Shown here: in pieces, positions 30,630 through 39,419 of the stretch | Layout: every line of letters starts with the position of its first letter | How positions within the stretch are numbered: the stretch's first letter is position 1 | Assembly (NCBI GenBank): GCA_964619365.1 | Contig: CAZUDQ010000002.1 | Span: 68,715-132,714, forward strand | Direction of reading: 5' to 3' | Length of the DNA: 64,000 nucleotides | Source: an uncultured archaeon | GTDB taxonomy: Archaea > Altiarchaeota > Altiarchaeia > JAFGQM01 | Program-made: the position numbers and the translations under genes | The notes under the pieces: generated by a model | The model's input: only the letters and a program-made list of their open reading frames with translations | Told to the model about the DNA's origin: nothing | Databases searched by the model: none

Positions 30630-32123
30630 ATGCTTGATTACGATGCGATAATAATCGGAGCAGGTCTCGGTGGCTTAAGTGCGGGCGCAAAGCTTGCAAA
30701 AGAGGGCAAAAAAGTCCTTCTTATCGAGCAGCATACAATCCCTGGGGGCTATGCAACTAACTTTAAGCGTAAGGATTATGTCTTTGATGCGGGGCTTCAT
30801 GAAACAAGCTCATTTGAGGCGACAAAAGCTGAAAAAGAGATAGCCGACGCGCTCAAAATCAAAGAAAACCTCGAATTCATCAAGCTTCCCGAATTTTATC
30901 ACTTTACAAACGGGCGATTTGAGATTACAATTCCCGATGATACAAAAAAGGCAATAAAGGTATTAACAAAGCGCTTTCCTCATGAAAAAGAAGGAATAGA
31001 TAAGTTCTTCTCGATAATTCTTGCCATACAAAAGGAGATTACAAAACTGCCCAGCGGCAAGAAATTATATGTATCCCTTCCTCTTTTTCCGATTCTCTAC
31101 CCGGAACTTACATTTAAAAGCAAGAAGAGTCTCGGCGAGTTTCTTGATTCGATAATCGATGATGAGGAGCTAAAACTCATACTCTGTGCAAATATAGGTT
31201 ACTACCACAACGATCCTTATCAAACGTCCCTAGTATACTATGCGGTTGCCCAGGCGACAATGTTTGAAAGCGGGAGTTATTATATCAAAGGCGGGTCACA
31301 AAATCTCTCAGATTATCTGACAGGAGTCATTAAAGAAAACGGGGGCAAAGTACTACTTGGTCATATCACAACAGGAATAATCACAAAAGATAACGCGGCA
31401 ACTGGGGTTGTATATAAAAAAACGAATGGTTCCCAGATAATGACTGCGAGCGCAAAAACAATAATTGCAAATGCAGCGGTTCCAAATATCTCCTTGATGC
31501 TTCCTAAGAGAACCAGAATCCCCCTTGAAAAGAAGATATCAAAACTAAAAGCTTCTCCCTCGCTTATAACAATCCACATGGGATTTAAAAAAAGCCCCAA
31601 GGAACTTGGAAACAAATATTATTCGACATTTGTCTTTGACCCTTTACTAGACTCAATAAAAGAACTAGGTGAAAACCTAAAAGGCGAGTTTGAAAAGAAA
31701 GGCTTTAGTTTTGTAGATTATAGCCAGATAGATTCGGGCCTAGGTAAGCCTGTTGGTGCAATTTGTGCCATTGATAGCATAGACAACTGGGAAAACCTAA
31801 GTGATGCCCAATACAAAAAGAAAAAAGACGAAGTTGCAAAGATCTTCTTTGCGCGGCTTGAAAAGATAATCCCAGGGATATCAAGGGAAATTGAGCTTTA
31901 TGAAGTCGCAACACCAAAGACGCTTAAAAGATATACGCTTAACCCCGGCGGTTCGGTTTATGGCTTTGCCCAGACACCAAAACAGTCAGGAAGATTTAGA
32001 TTCCCGAATAAGTCGCCTGTAAAGAATCTTTATTTCGCTTCAGCCTGGGGAACTCCTGGTGGTGGCTTTGCAGCTGCGATTATCGGAGGCTATTTGTGTG
32101 CCAAAGAGGTTTTAAGGGATTAA
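30630..32123 (+). CDS. Phytoene desaturase / retinol saturase family FAD oxidoreductase
   Basis: IGAGLGGL, FDAGLH, KGGSQ, ATPKT, GSVYG, NLYFASAW..PGGG. Confidence 0.85.
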   Translation: MLDYDAIIIGAGLGGLSAGAKLAKEGKKVLLIEQHTIPGGYATNFKRKDYVFDAGLHETSSFEATKAEKEIADALKIKENLEFIKLPEFYHFTNGRFEITIPDDTKKAIKVLTKRFPHEKEGIDKFFSIILAIQKEITKLPSGKKLYVSLPLFPILYPELTFKSKKSLGEFLDSIIDDEELKLILCANIGYYHNDPYQTSLVYYAVAQATMFESGSYYIKGGSQNLSDYLTGVIKENGGKVLLGHITTGIITKDNAATGVVYKKTNGSQIMTASAKTIIANAAVPNISLMLPKRTRIPLEKKISKLKASPSLITIHMGFKKSPKELGNKYYSTFVFDPLLDSIKELGENLKGEFEKKGFSFVDYSQIDSGLGKPVGAICAIDSIDNWENLSDAQYKKKKDEVAKIFFARLEKIIPGISREIELYEVATPKTLKRYTLNPGGSVYGFAQTPKQSGRFRFPNKSPVKNLYFASAWGTPGGGFAAAIIGGYLCAKEVLRD

Positions 32124-32193
32124 AAACGATGGCAGACTACGTCTTTTAGTATAACTCCCATAGGGGAACCCAATTCATAAAACAGATGCTGTC

Positions 32194-32541
32194 TTAAACA
32201 ACTTTCACATTGCCTTTTGCTAGTTCAGCATGTAGTTTTGCAAGGGCTTCTCGGAATTCTTCCTCGCCGGCCTCCTTACCCATAAGGCATTTCTCATCCT
32301 TATTTTGCCAGTAAGGCTGACTCTTCATGTTTTTGCGGGTAATACGCTCTGCTAAATCTTTAGTCATGCTGGGAACAGAGTTCATAAAAAACTGCACCCC
32401 ACCTTCAAATATTTCTTTAGAATCCTTGACATTGTCTTTAGAATCAATACAAAAGTTACACACGGCCCCGTCCTTTGTTTCAAGGCCGATATCTTCCCTG
32501 TTTTTTAAGGGCATCCCACATGCAATACAATAATTTTCCAT
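32194..32541 (-). CDS. Zinc-ribbon domain protein
   Basis: CIACGMPL...CNFC. Confidence 0.75.
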   Translation of the reverse strand: MENYCIACGMPLKNREDIGLETKDGAVCNFCIDSKDNVKDSKEIFEGGVQFFMNSVPSMTKDLAERITRKNMKSQPYWQNKDEKCLMGKEAGEEEFREALAKLHAELAKGNVKVV

Positions 32542-32656
32542 TTTTAATTAATCAGGATTTTTCAAAGAACCTTAACAGTAATTTGTGCGCAACAAAGAAA
32601 AACTTAAGTGTGTTATATGCTCTTACGGGGGTTTAAAGTAAAATATGAAGTTTTAA

Positions 32657-32740
32657 TCAGCGTTTAGAAGGCTTAATGCCTGCAGCCTTAGCTGCCTTTT
32701 TCCTTTTATTTCTCTCAAGGTCTTTTTTTGACATGGACAT
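32657..32740 (-). CDS. 27-aa basic peptide
   Basis: Manual translation MSMSKKDLERNKRKKAAKAAGIKPSKR*. Confidence 0.45.
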   Translation of the reverse strand: MSMSKKDLERNKRKKAAKAAGIKPSKR

Positions 32741-32783
32741 TTTTCTTAGTTCCTGTTCTTTTGAGCAGTGCCTAAAGTTGCAC

Positions 32784-32927
32784 TTATACTGCCTTAGTCT
32801 TTATCCTGCTGTTGAATTCTGCTGTGGGCAACTTTGCCTTGCACGTTTCGCACAAAGCGCCACCTTTAGCAATAAAATCAACTTCCTTGCAACAATTTGC
32901 GCAGGTATAGCGTTTTTTTTCTTCCAT
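32784..32927 (-). CDS. 47-aa zinc-finger microprotein
   Basis: Manual translation MEEKKRYTCANCCKEVDFIAKGGALCETCKAKLPTAEFNSRIKTKAV*; two CxxC. Confidence 0.6.
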   Translation of the reverse strand: MEEKKRYTCANCCKEVDFIAKGGALCETCKAKLPTAEFNSRIKTKAV

Positions 32928-32969
32928 TGCGATATTTAGAAACATCATGGGGATAAACCCCTATCATAA

Positions 32970-33047
32970 CTAACTACTTATTTTTAGCTTGCCTGTGGCA
33001 GGACGAGTCCTGTCCAAATAGGCTAGCATTGAACTTGTTAATACCAT
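32970..33047 (-). CDS. Putative 25-aa leader peptide
   Basis: AAGGAG SD 9 nt before ATG; MVLTSSMLAYLDRTRPATGKLKISS*. Confidence 0.3.
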   Translation of the reverse strand: MVLTSSMLAYLDRTRPATGKLKISS

Positions 33048-33351
33048 TTTGTTTACTCCTTTTAATTTTTTTGTTTGGGCATACCAAAAGACGTGACTGG
33101 TTTGTCACAATAGAAGTCTTTTTTAGCGGGTTATGACTGCGCGTACGTAGTCATTTAATAATTTTTAGGTTATTTCTCGAAGAATAAAGGAACTCTTACT
33201 ATCTTTTATGAAGTTACAAGTGCTCAACTCATCAAACTTAAACTGACTTTACTTTTGTTTTATACCAAGGCTTGTTTGTAGCATGGTCTATATAAATGGC
33301 AAAATTAAGGAAAAAATCAGATTGGTGATGTGATTAGACAAAATATTTAAT

Positions 33352-33561
33352 TTATTTCCCAGTCAACCTGGCAATCTGACTTTCAAGAGCGGCTTTGGCG
33401 TTTTTAGAGTATACTTTAGTCGCAGAAACGCTAAGGACTTCTATTACCTTTCTTTTTCCGGCAGGTCCAAGTGCGTTATAGTCATTCTTGCTCATTTTCA
33501 AAAAGCGCCTTCGTCGAGCAGAACTCGATTCAGACTTCTCCGCAATCTTTCTTCTGGCCAT
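33352..33561 (-). CDS. Small basic hypothetical protein
   Basis: 69 aa; start overlaps the upstream stop (TAATG). Confidence 0.55.
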   Translation of the reverse strand: MARRKIAEKSESSSARRRRFLKMSKNDYNALGPAGKRKVIEVLSVSATKVYSKNAKAALESQIARLTGK

Positions 33562-34376
33562 TATCTAGCCTCTTTTTTATCCAGTCCCCTGACGAAATCA
33601 TCTGCATACCTTTGCAAGAGCTTCCCACGCTCATTAGAAATAAACCCCCTATAAGCGCCCTTATGATAGATTGGATAATCCATTCTTTTGCTACTGTTTG
33701 GTATTAACAACCCTAAAGCAGTGGGTAAACCCCACCTATGTATCCCAAGGTTTTCATGGTTTTCACTAAAACGTCCAGTATCTATGTCAATACATGATTC
33801 TGGACTGGGTAGGAATGCAATGCTTCTTGCAGCCTTAGTCAATATGTCACGCGGAACGTCGTTATTTGTTAACAGGCTTATCCATCTCCGGTCACCTTTG
33901 ATTAATGGTCTGAGTGCCCTCATATTTATTACTCTGGGTCCAACAAAATTAGGTGATTTTATCTGTTCAAATGAATCTCCCTTGCGCTCCATAGCCTTAA
34001 AGGCCAGCATATCCTTTTTTCCGGATTCTATATGTCTTATTGCAGAACTAGCAGAGCCCCTAGGAAATGCCATAGTGTCACCGTCCATAAGCACCATCAT
34101 ATCCCCACCACGGCGATGTACTTCGTTTACGGCAGTTACAAACGCCCTTCTCATGCCCTGATTGGTTTTATGTCGTGCTAGATGAACTCCGCCCTCAAAT
34201 CTGACTATGTCTGAAGTCCTATCATTACTCCCGTCGTCGACTACGACGATATCATGAACAATTTTTGCATCCCTTAATTTTTTGGCTTCTTCTAAAGCAT
34301 GACGTATATTGAATGCCTCGTTATGGGCAAGAATAGCAACAAATGCCTTCTTTTTTGCTTTAGGTCGTCTATACAT
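33561..34376 (-). CDS. GT2 family glycosyltransferase with basic N-terminus
   Basis: ILAHNE, VVVDDGSNDRT, LMDGD. Confidence 0.75.
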   Translation of the reverse strand: MYRRPKAKKKAFVAILAHNEAFNIRHALEEAKKLRDAKIVHDIVVVDDGSNDRTSDIVRFEGGVHLARHKTNQGMRRAFVTAVNEVHRRGGDMMVLMDGDTMAFPRGSASSAIRHIESGKKDMLAFKAMERKGDSFEQIKSPNFVGPRVINMRALRPLIKGDRRWISLLTNNDVPRDILTKAARSIAFLPSPESCIDIDTGRFSENHENLGIHRWGLPTALGLLIPNSSKRMDYPIYHKGAYRGFISNERGKLLQRYADDFVRGLDKKEAR

Positions 34377-34432
34377 ATTAGTCTAATAAGTAAAGAAAGA
34401 AAAGTTATTTTTTCCCAACCGGAGTAGATAGC

Positions 34433-34498
34433 CCGGATTATTACACCCGTCTTGAGAAGATGGAAAAAGAAGCAGACATATTCTGGAAAAAGGATTAA
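34433..34498 (+). pseudogene. C-terminal fragment resembling a DUF5661 protein
   Basis: PDYYTRLEKMEKEADIFWKKD* with no upstream start for the N-terminal part; family assignment from memory of the motif. Confidence 0.45.
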
Positions 34499-34557
34499 TT
34501 CTTGCCCTTACGGATTAGGTACGGCTCACTTTTTCTAAAAGTAATAAACTAATTTAA

Positions 34558-34573
34558 TCCCGCCTCCCGGATT
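34558..34573 (-). repeat. Duplicate of tRNA-Tyr 3' end (att-like)
   Basis: tcccgcctcccggatt identical to 35634-35649. Confidence 0.85.
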
Positions 34574-34593
34574 CGGGAGGGGAAATTAGCCAA

Positions 34594-35559
34594 TTAGATT
34601 GCTTCTATAGTTGACGTGGGTTTCGAGGTTATGTTGTATGTTACACTGACCACTCCCGGAACCTTACTCGTTATGAGTTCTGCGATCTTGGTCAACTTTT
34701 CATAGCTCACATTAGTCGGAGTCCCAGTCACGGCATCTTTACTGTCCCAGCAGCGCACTTCTATCTGCTGACCAAATTCTCGCTTTCCGTCCCGGATTCC
34801 CGTTACCCTGTCATTGTGTAAAATGGCTAGACATTGGAAGGCGCCAGAGTCTTTGAGCTCATCTTCGACAATTTTTGTGGCCTTTCTGACTATTGCGACC
34901 CTCTCAGGAGTTACCTCATTTATTACACGCGCTGCGAGAGCTGGTCCTGGAAATGGTGGTCTATTGTATATCTCTTCAGGAAGACCCACTGCCTTAGCAA
35001 CTCTGCGCACCCCCGGCTTTCTTAATTCGAGTATGGGCTCCAAAACTTTATAGCCAAAAACCGCCTGAGTGTCTATTCCAAGTTGCTCTAAAATATTATG
35101 CTGTCTTTTGATACCTGCAACAGTCTCCTCCACATCCGTGTAATTAGTTCCCTGCATCAAAAACTTTGCACCACTCTCTTGCACTATCCTGCCGAAAACC
35201 TTCTTGTAAAATGTTTGGGTGATTGCTTCTCTCTTCTCTTCTGGATCGATAAGACCACTTAATGCGTCAAAGAACTCCTTTTTTGCATCCACAAGTTCTA
35301 CCTTTACGCCAAGCTCACCAAACAATGAGACGATGTATTCGGGCTCCCCCTCCCGCATAATCCCGTTGTCAATAAAATAGCTTTTGAGACGGTCTCCCAA
35401 AGCACGATGCGCGAGCATCGTGACTGCAGCGGAATCGACACCCCCAGAGAGTGCGTTTATGGCTACGTCGTCCCCGATTATAGATGCAATATCTTTGGTC
35501 TTCTTCTCTATAAATTCCTCAGGATTAAGTTCTTCTAACGTTATTTCATTTATTTCCAT
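34594..35559 (-). CDS. guaA: GMP synthase ATP-pyrophosphatase subunit (no glutaminase domain)
   Basis: ALSGGVDS, DPEEKR, QGTNYTD, IKRQHN, PFPGPALAAR, YNITSKP.STIE. Confidence 0.88.
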   Translation of the reverse strand: MEINEITLEELNPEEFIEKKTKDIASIIGDDVAINALSGGVDSAAVTMLAHRALGDRLKSYFIDNGIMREGEPEYIVSLFGELGVKVELVDAKKEFFDALSGLIDPEEKREAITQTFYKKVFGRIVQESGAKFLMQGTNYTDVEETVAGIKRQHNILEQLGIDTQAVFGYKVLEPILELRKPGVRRVAKAVGLPEEIYNRPPFPGPALAARVINEVTPERVAIVRKATKIVEDELKDSGAFQCLAILHNDRVTGIRDGKREFGQQIEVRCWDSKDAVTGTPTNVSYEKLTKIAELITSKVPGVVSVTYNITSKPTSTIEAI

Positions 35560-35633
35560 TTTTCACTCTAGACTTAGTCCTTAATATATTGCTTTAAGAA
35601 ATAAAAACATTGACAAGAATCTTGAACAATGAG

Positions 35634-35750
35634 TCCCGCCTCCCGGATTTGAACCGGGGATCTTCCGGTAGCCGCGTGCTTTTCTTCCCGAATCACGTTC
35701 GGGCTTACAAACTACAGCCAGACGCGTTAACCAGACTACGCTAAGGCGGG
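35634..35750 (-). tRNA. tRNA-Tyr(GTA) with a 42-nt intron at 37/38 (35670-35711)
   Basis: CCCGCCT/AGGCGGG acceptor stem, CTGTAG anticodon loop interrupted by an intron with BHB-like pairing, GGTTCAAATCC T arm. Confidence 0.93.
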
Positions 35751-35827
35751 TTTAAAACGCTATATTTGAGAGACCCTATTAAAAAACCTGTCATCTAAAA
35801 TTTTGCTAAAAAGGACTATTTACTGAT

Positions 35828-37126
35828 TTATTTCTTGTGGCGAGCTTTTGTCTTTTCCTTTCTGCGCTTTTTCCAGGCTGCTTCGCGTGCCTTTCCAACT
35901 CCAACACGTTTGGCACGCATCCAGTCACGTCTTTCTTTTTTGAGGTATCTAACCTCAGCCTTACTTCGCTTTTCCGGAATAAGCCCTGCCTCCTTTGCTA
36001 GATATTCTCCAGGGCTTCTAATAGGCTCAAGTTTGACTACTGGGACTCCACTTCTTTCAGCAACCTTCATCTTAAGCAATTTAAAGTGTTCCCCACGTCC
36101 AGAGTTTCCTCCTATCTTGCCTTGGATGTGCCCGTAATCATAAAGTCTTGATACTACTGCCTTTTTTCTGTCACTTAATGCAAGTCTAAATTCTTCAGCC
36201 TCAACCAAACCCTCATGACCTTCTTCCATCATCTGATCCCAATCTGCATGGAGATAGTTTTGACTCTTTTGAAACGCAAGTGCCTTCTTTTTTGTTTGGT
36301 CAACAAGCTTCATATCTTCAAAACTCACCCATAAGTTTTTATCAGGAAGGCTTGCTAGCTGGTTTGTGGGATACTCCATTACAAGAACTTCGGGTTTTTT
36401 ACCTAGCTTGTGCTCATCACGTAAGTGCTTTCTAAGAGAATTAAGAACCATAGTGCGAGTGTTTGCATTCATTGACTGCATACGATCAAATTTTGAAGGC
36501 ACCATAACTACATTTGGATTAAGTTCTTTTATGCGCGCATCCATCCTTGCTTGTTCTTTAGGATGTATCTCACCGATTACTCCACCATCATAAGTTTTAT
36601 GGGCATTAAATGTTTCAAACTGTCCCCATCGCCTTACGCCATTTGGGAGTGTTTCAAGCTTTTCTTTTGGGGCATAAAGACCCAGGGCTTCTGCACTTTG
36701 TCTGCCTTCCTCAGCCCTGATATCTATCTTTTTTAATTTGTCAGGCTCAGTGGAATCAAGAACGCCTCTGTGTCCAGTACCCACAACGATTACATTTACT
36801 TTGTTTAATGGTTTTTTAGCCTTATCCATACGATTTAATAAATGAACTGTTGTCCCGGATCTTATGACAAAATCGTTTGGATGCGGGGAAAACATAGCGA
36901 CTCTTTTGCCACGCATAAGTTTAGATGCCTCAAGGTTATTGTGGTCAACTAAGAGAAAATCAGGCAAGTTTATGAATTTGCGTTCGTGATCCGTTTCATA
37001 TAGTTGGTATGGTTGAGGTTTTTTACCCCTATTTTTATTTCTTTTTAAAGCGGTTTGCAGTTCAGCAATCCTTTTGTTTGCTGCAGCAAGGCTTTTGGGG
37101 TGGTTCTCAGGGGCGGACCTTGTCAT
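35828..37126 (-). CDS. PIG-L/LmbE deacetylase-fold protein, probably inactive, with very basic termini
   Basis: VAMFSPHPNDF (cf. PHPDD), RAEEG...LG, KKKALAFQKSQ; second His motif missing. Confidence 0.6.
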   Translation of the reverse strand: MTRSAPENHPKSLAAANKRIAELQTALKRNKNRGKKPQPYQLYETDHERKFINLPDFLLVDHNNLEASKLMRGKRVAMFSPHPNDFVIRSGTTVHLLNRMDKAKKPLNKVNVIVVGTGHRGVLDSTEPDKLKKIDIRAEEGRQSAEALGLYAPKEKLETLPNGVRRWGQFETFNAHKTYDGGVIGEIHPKEQARMDARIKELNPNVVMVPSKFDRMQSMNANTRTMVLNSLRKHLRDEHKLGKKPEVLVMEYPTNQLASLPDKNLWVSFEDMKLVDQTKKKALAFQKSQNYLHADWDQMMEEGHEGLVEAEEFRLALSDRKKAVVSRLYDYGHIQGKIGGNSGRGEHFKLLKMKVAERSGVPVVKLEPIRSPGEYLAKEAGLIPEKRSKAEVRYLKKERRDWMRAKRVGVGKAREAAWKKRRKEKTKARHKK

Positions 37127-37194
37127 TTTTACATTATCTAACGCATTAAAAGATAAAAACCATAAGTCCAAGCCTACATCTCACTAAGAATTAA

Positions 37195-37290
37195 GTGCGG
37201 GCGCCGGGATGTTAAGGTGGACACATACCCCAGACTAATGACCTTAAGATAAGGTGCCAGTACTGCATTGCTAAGCAATAGAAAAAGTAA
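37195..37290. repeat. tRNA-Gly 3' duplicate (37195-37210) plus ~80-bp hairpin element
   Basis: gtgcgggcgccgggat repeats 37292-37307; stem ATGTTAAGGT / ACCTTAAGAT with a 22-nt loop. Confidence 0.85.
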
Positions 37291-37292
37291 GG

Positions 37293-37365
37293 TGCGGGCG
37301 CCGGGATTCGAACCCGGGTTCCGAGCTTGGAAAGCTAGAGTGATACCAGACTACACCACATCCGC
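37293..37365 (-). tRNA. tRNA-Gly(TCC), diverged second copy (possible pseudo-tRNA)
   Basis: 4 substitutions relative to 39299-39371, including an A-C mismatch and a U-G wobble in the acceptor stem. Confidence 0.7.
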
Positions 37366-37451
37366 AAGCCTGTATGCTTAGAAAGCGCTTACTTAGAATA
37401 ATTAAGTATAACAGATTTTTAAACAATCTCCCATTCTTTAACAAAACCAAA

Positions 37452-39233
37452 ATGGCTGAAAATACCCCTAAGACTGATGAAACCAAGCCAGTAGAGAAGA
37501 ATAAAAAGGACGATTTCGGAAAAGATCTCGGACCCAAGCTTATCTTCCTCGCTATTGGATTCATATTAGGACTACTTTTGTATTGTGTGATATTTGGATG
37601 TGACTGTGACATTAGAGGGTATGAAGAAATTACCTTTACTGGTGCTGATGGTGAATCTATTATTGTTTCTACTGACGGTGGAACAGCTACGATAACCAAG
37701 AATGGAGTTCCACAAGATTGTGAGTGGAATTGTATTCCTAAGAAAGATGGTGGTGGCGAACCTGGAATAGGACCTGGTGGCGAACCTGGACTTAAGAATG
37801 GTGGTGGAAAACTCCCCCCTGGCAAAACTTGGGACGATTATACTTGTGATGACTTAGAAGGATACCAGTGCAGCCCTGGAACTTGTCCACCGAATTACAA
37901 GTGCGATACTCTTATTTCAAAGACTGAGCCTGCGGCTTACTGTGATTGTGTCCCTGAAAATGGTGGTAATAAAACTCCAGGAGATGCTATGCCTGACTAT
38001 ATAATCCCAAAAGTAGAGTTGGTATGTGGCGAACAATACAATAATATCTCAGTAACCATTAAGAACCAGGGAACCAAAGAAATCCCGCTTAATGCTTGGG
38101 ACATTATGCAAGTTGATTTCTTCACAGACCCAGGCGGACAAAAGTTCCCCGGATCAATACAATTAGACCAAAACGATTTAATACAACTTTGCCCAAATTT
38201 CCTAAAGCCAGGGGAAAGCTGCACTTATAAAGTAGCTATAGGTGGAACCGGGCTTTCAGATCCTTCTGCTTGTGCAGATATATCCGATAATATCTCTGAA
38301 AGTGATGAGAACAATAATTGCAACAATCTCATTAAAGAGTGCCCAATGCCGCCTGATTCATCAGGAAATCTTCCAGATTTCAAAATGACTGATATCGGCG
38401 CTAGTTGTGATGGTGACTATGATGTGCAGACTCATACATACAGTAATGATAAGATATCTTCACTTAGATTCTGGCCAATGAACATGGGCCCCGGTGAAGC
38501 AAATGTTGCATTAAGTGGCAGATTCTCTCTTTTGGTGAATGGAAATATTATTATGGATGATCAAATGGCAGACCTTAATCCATTTTGCCCTGAACTCTTT
38601 AAGGTAATGAACATGAACTGCGAGTTAGACATAATGCAGCTTTATTTTGGCAACACACTGATAGCAAAAATAAAGCATGGTGATACCATAGAAATATGTT
38701 TGGATTACCAAAATGCAGTAGTTGAAGGCGATGAATCCAATAACTGCCTAACTCAGTTAATTAATTGCCCAACTAATGAGGGTGGGCCTGAGCCAGACGG
38801 AACCTGCCAAGGCGATTTTGAAGCAACTGGTTTTTGCGGTGGTGAATGTGAGTTTGAAGGCCACATTGGTTCCTGTGAAGCTATTGATGCTGCATGCCAC
38901 TGTATTGTCCCAGATTCAGGTCCTGGACCAGAACCAGAGCCAGAACCAGAGCCAGGACCAGAGCCAGGACCAGAGTATGTGAATTGTCGAGATGTATATG
39001 CTAACTCTGACATCTGCGCGGGCGATTGTATATTGTCTGATCAGACTGAAGGACAATGCTACTTTGATGGACCGAATGGTTGTTACTGTGCCGAGATCGG
39101 TTATGAACCTCCTGGTGGCAGTGATCCAGAACCAGAGCCTTGTGTGAATGAGGATTATCCATGCAGTGATGATGGTGATTGCTGTTCAGGTCTCAACTGC
39201 TGCTATGGATATTGCACAACAAGAAGCTGCTAA
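37452..39233 (+). CDS. Membrane-anchored Cys-rich surface protein with two CARDB-like domains
   Basis: N-terminal TM; PDYII...TIKNQG...ISESDENNN and PDFKM...VVEGDESNN; PE/PG linker; terminal CC-containing knot. Confidence 0.8.
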   Translation: MAENTPKTDETKPVEKNKKDDFGKDLGPKLIFLAIGFILGLLLYCVIFGCDCDIRGYEEITFTGADGESIIVSTDGGTATITKNGVPQDCEWNCIPKKDGGGEPGIGPGGEPGLKNGGGKLPPGKTWDDYTCDDLEGYQCSPGTCPPNYKCDTLISKTEPAAYCDCVPENGGNKTPGDAMPDYIIPKVELVCGEQYNNISVTIKNQGTKEIPLNAWDIMQVDFFTDPGGQKFPGSIQLDQNDLIQLCPNFLKPGESCTYKVAIGGTGLSDPSACADISDNISESDENNNCNNLIKECPMPPDSSGNLPDFKMTDIGASCDGDYDVQTHTYSNDKISSLRFWPMNMGPGEANVALSGRFSLLVNGNIIMDDQMADLNPFCPELFKVMNMNCELDIMQLYFGNTLIAKIKHGDTIEICLDYQNAVVEGDESNNCLTQLINCPTNEGGPEPDGTCQGDFEATGFCGGECEFEGHIGSCEAIDAACHCIVPDSGPGPEPEPEPEPGPEPGPEYVNCRDVYANSDICAGDCILSDQTEGQCYFDGPNGCYCAEIGYEPPGGSDPEPEPCVNEDYPCSDDGDCCSGLNCCYGYCTTRSC

Positions 39234-39248
39234 GATTTTTCTTAGCAG
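39227..39248 (+). terminator. Hairpin at the end of the CARDB gene
   Basis: CTGCTAAGA-TTTT-TCTTAGCAG 9-bp inverted repeat. Confidence 0.4.
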
Positions 39249-39255
39249 TACTCTT

Positions 39256-39373
39256 TAAGGTGCCAGTACTGCATTGCTAAGCAATAGAAAAAGTAAGGTG
39301 CGGGCGCCGGGATTCGAACCCGGGTTCCGAGCTTGGAAGGCTAGAGTGATACCAGACTACACTACGCCCGCAA
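39256..39373. repeat. 118-bp direct repeat of 37250-37367
   Basis: Offset 2006 bp, 4 mismatches; covers the whole tRNA plus 43 bp of 3' trailer. Confidence 0.92.
39299..39371 (-). tRNA. tRNA-Gly(TCC)
   Basis: GCGGGCG/CGCCCGC acceptor stem, CTTCCAA loop, GGTTCGAATCC. Confidence 0.93.
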
Positions 39374-39419
39374 AAAATATCAAGTTAAAGCGCTTAGTTA
39401 GAACAAAACCATATAAAAA

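Noticed and set aside
32676-32939. 87-aa plus-strand ORF
   Set aside because: Antisense to two more plausible minus-strand microproteins
37221-37238. Loop similarity (ccagacta) to the tRNA-Gly D-loop, suggesting a guide function
   Set aside because: Only 8 nt, and not mirrored in the tRNA-Arg copy
37195-37307. Casposon or transposon with a tRNA target-site duplication
   Set aside because: The 80-bp insert has no terminal inverted repeats, and no Cas1 or transposase gene is in the window
37271-37825. 184-aa minus-strand ORF, and 39274-39456 plus-strand ORF
   Set aside because: Shadow ORFs overlapping the tRNAs and the real surface-protein gene
38922-38975. Short tandem repeat as CRISPR or VNTR element
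   Set aside because: In-frame 6-nt units encoding a Pro-Glu/Pro-Gly linker; no spacers. No CRISPR array was seen anywhere in the window
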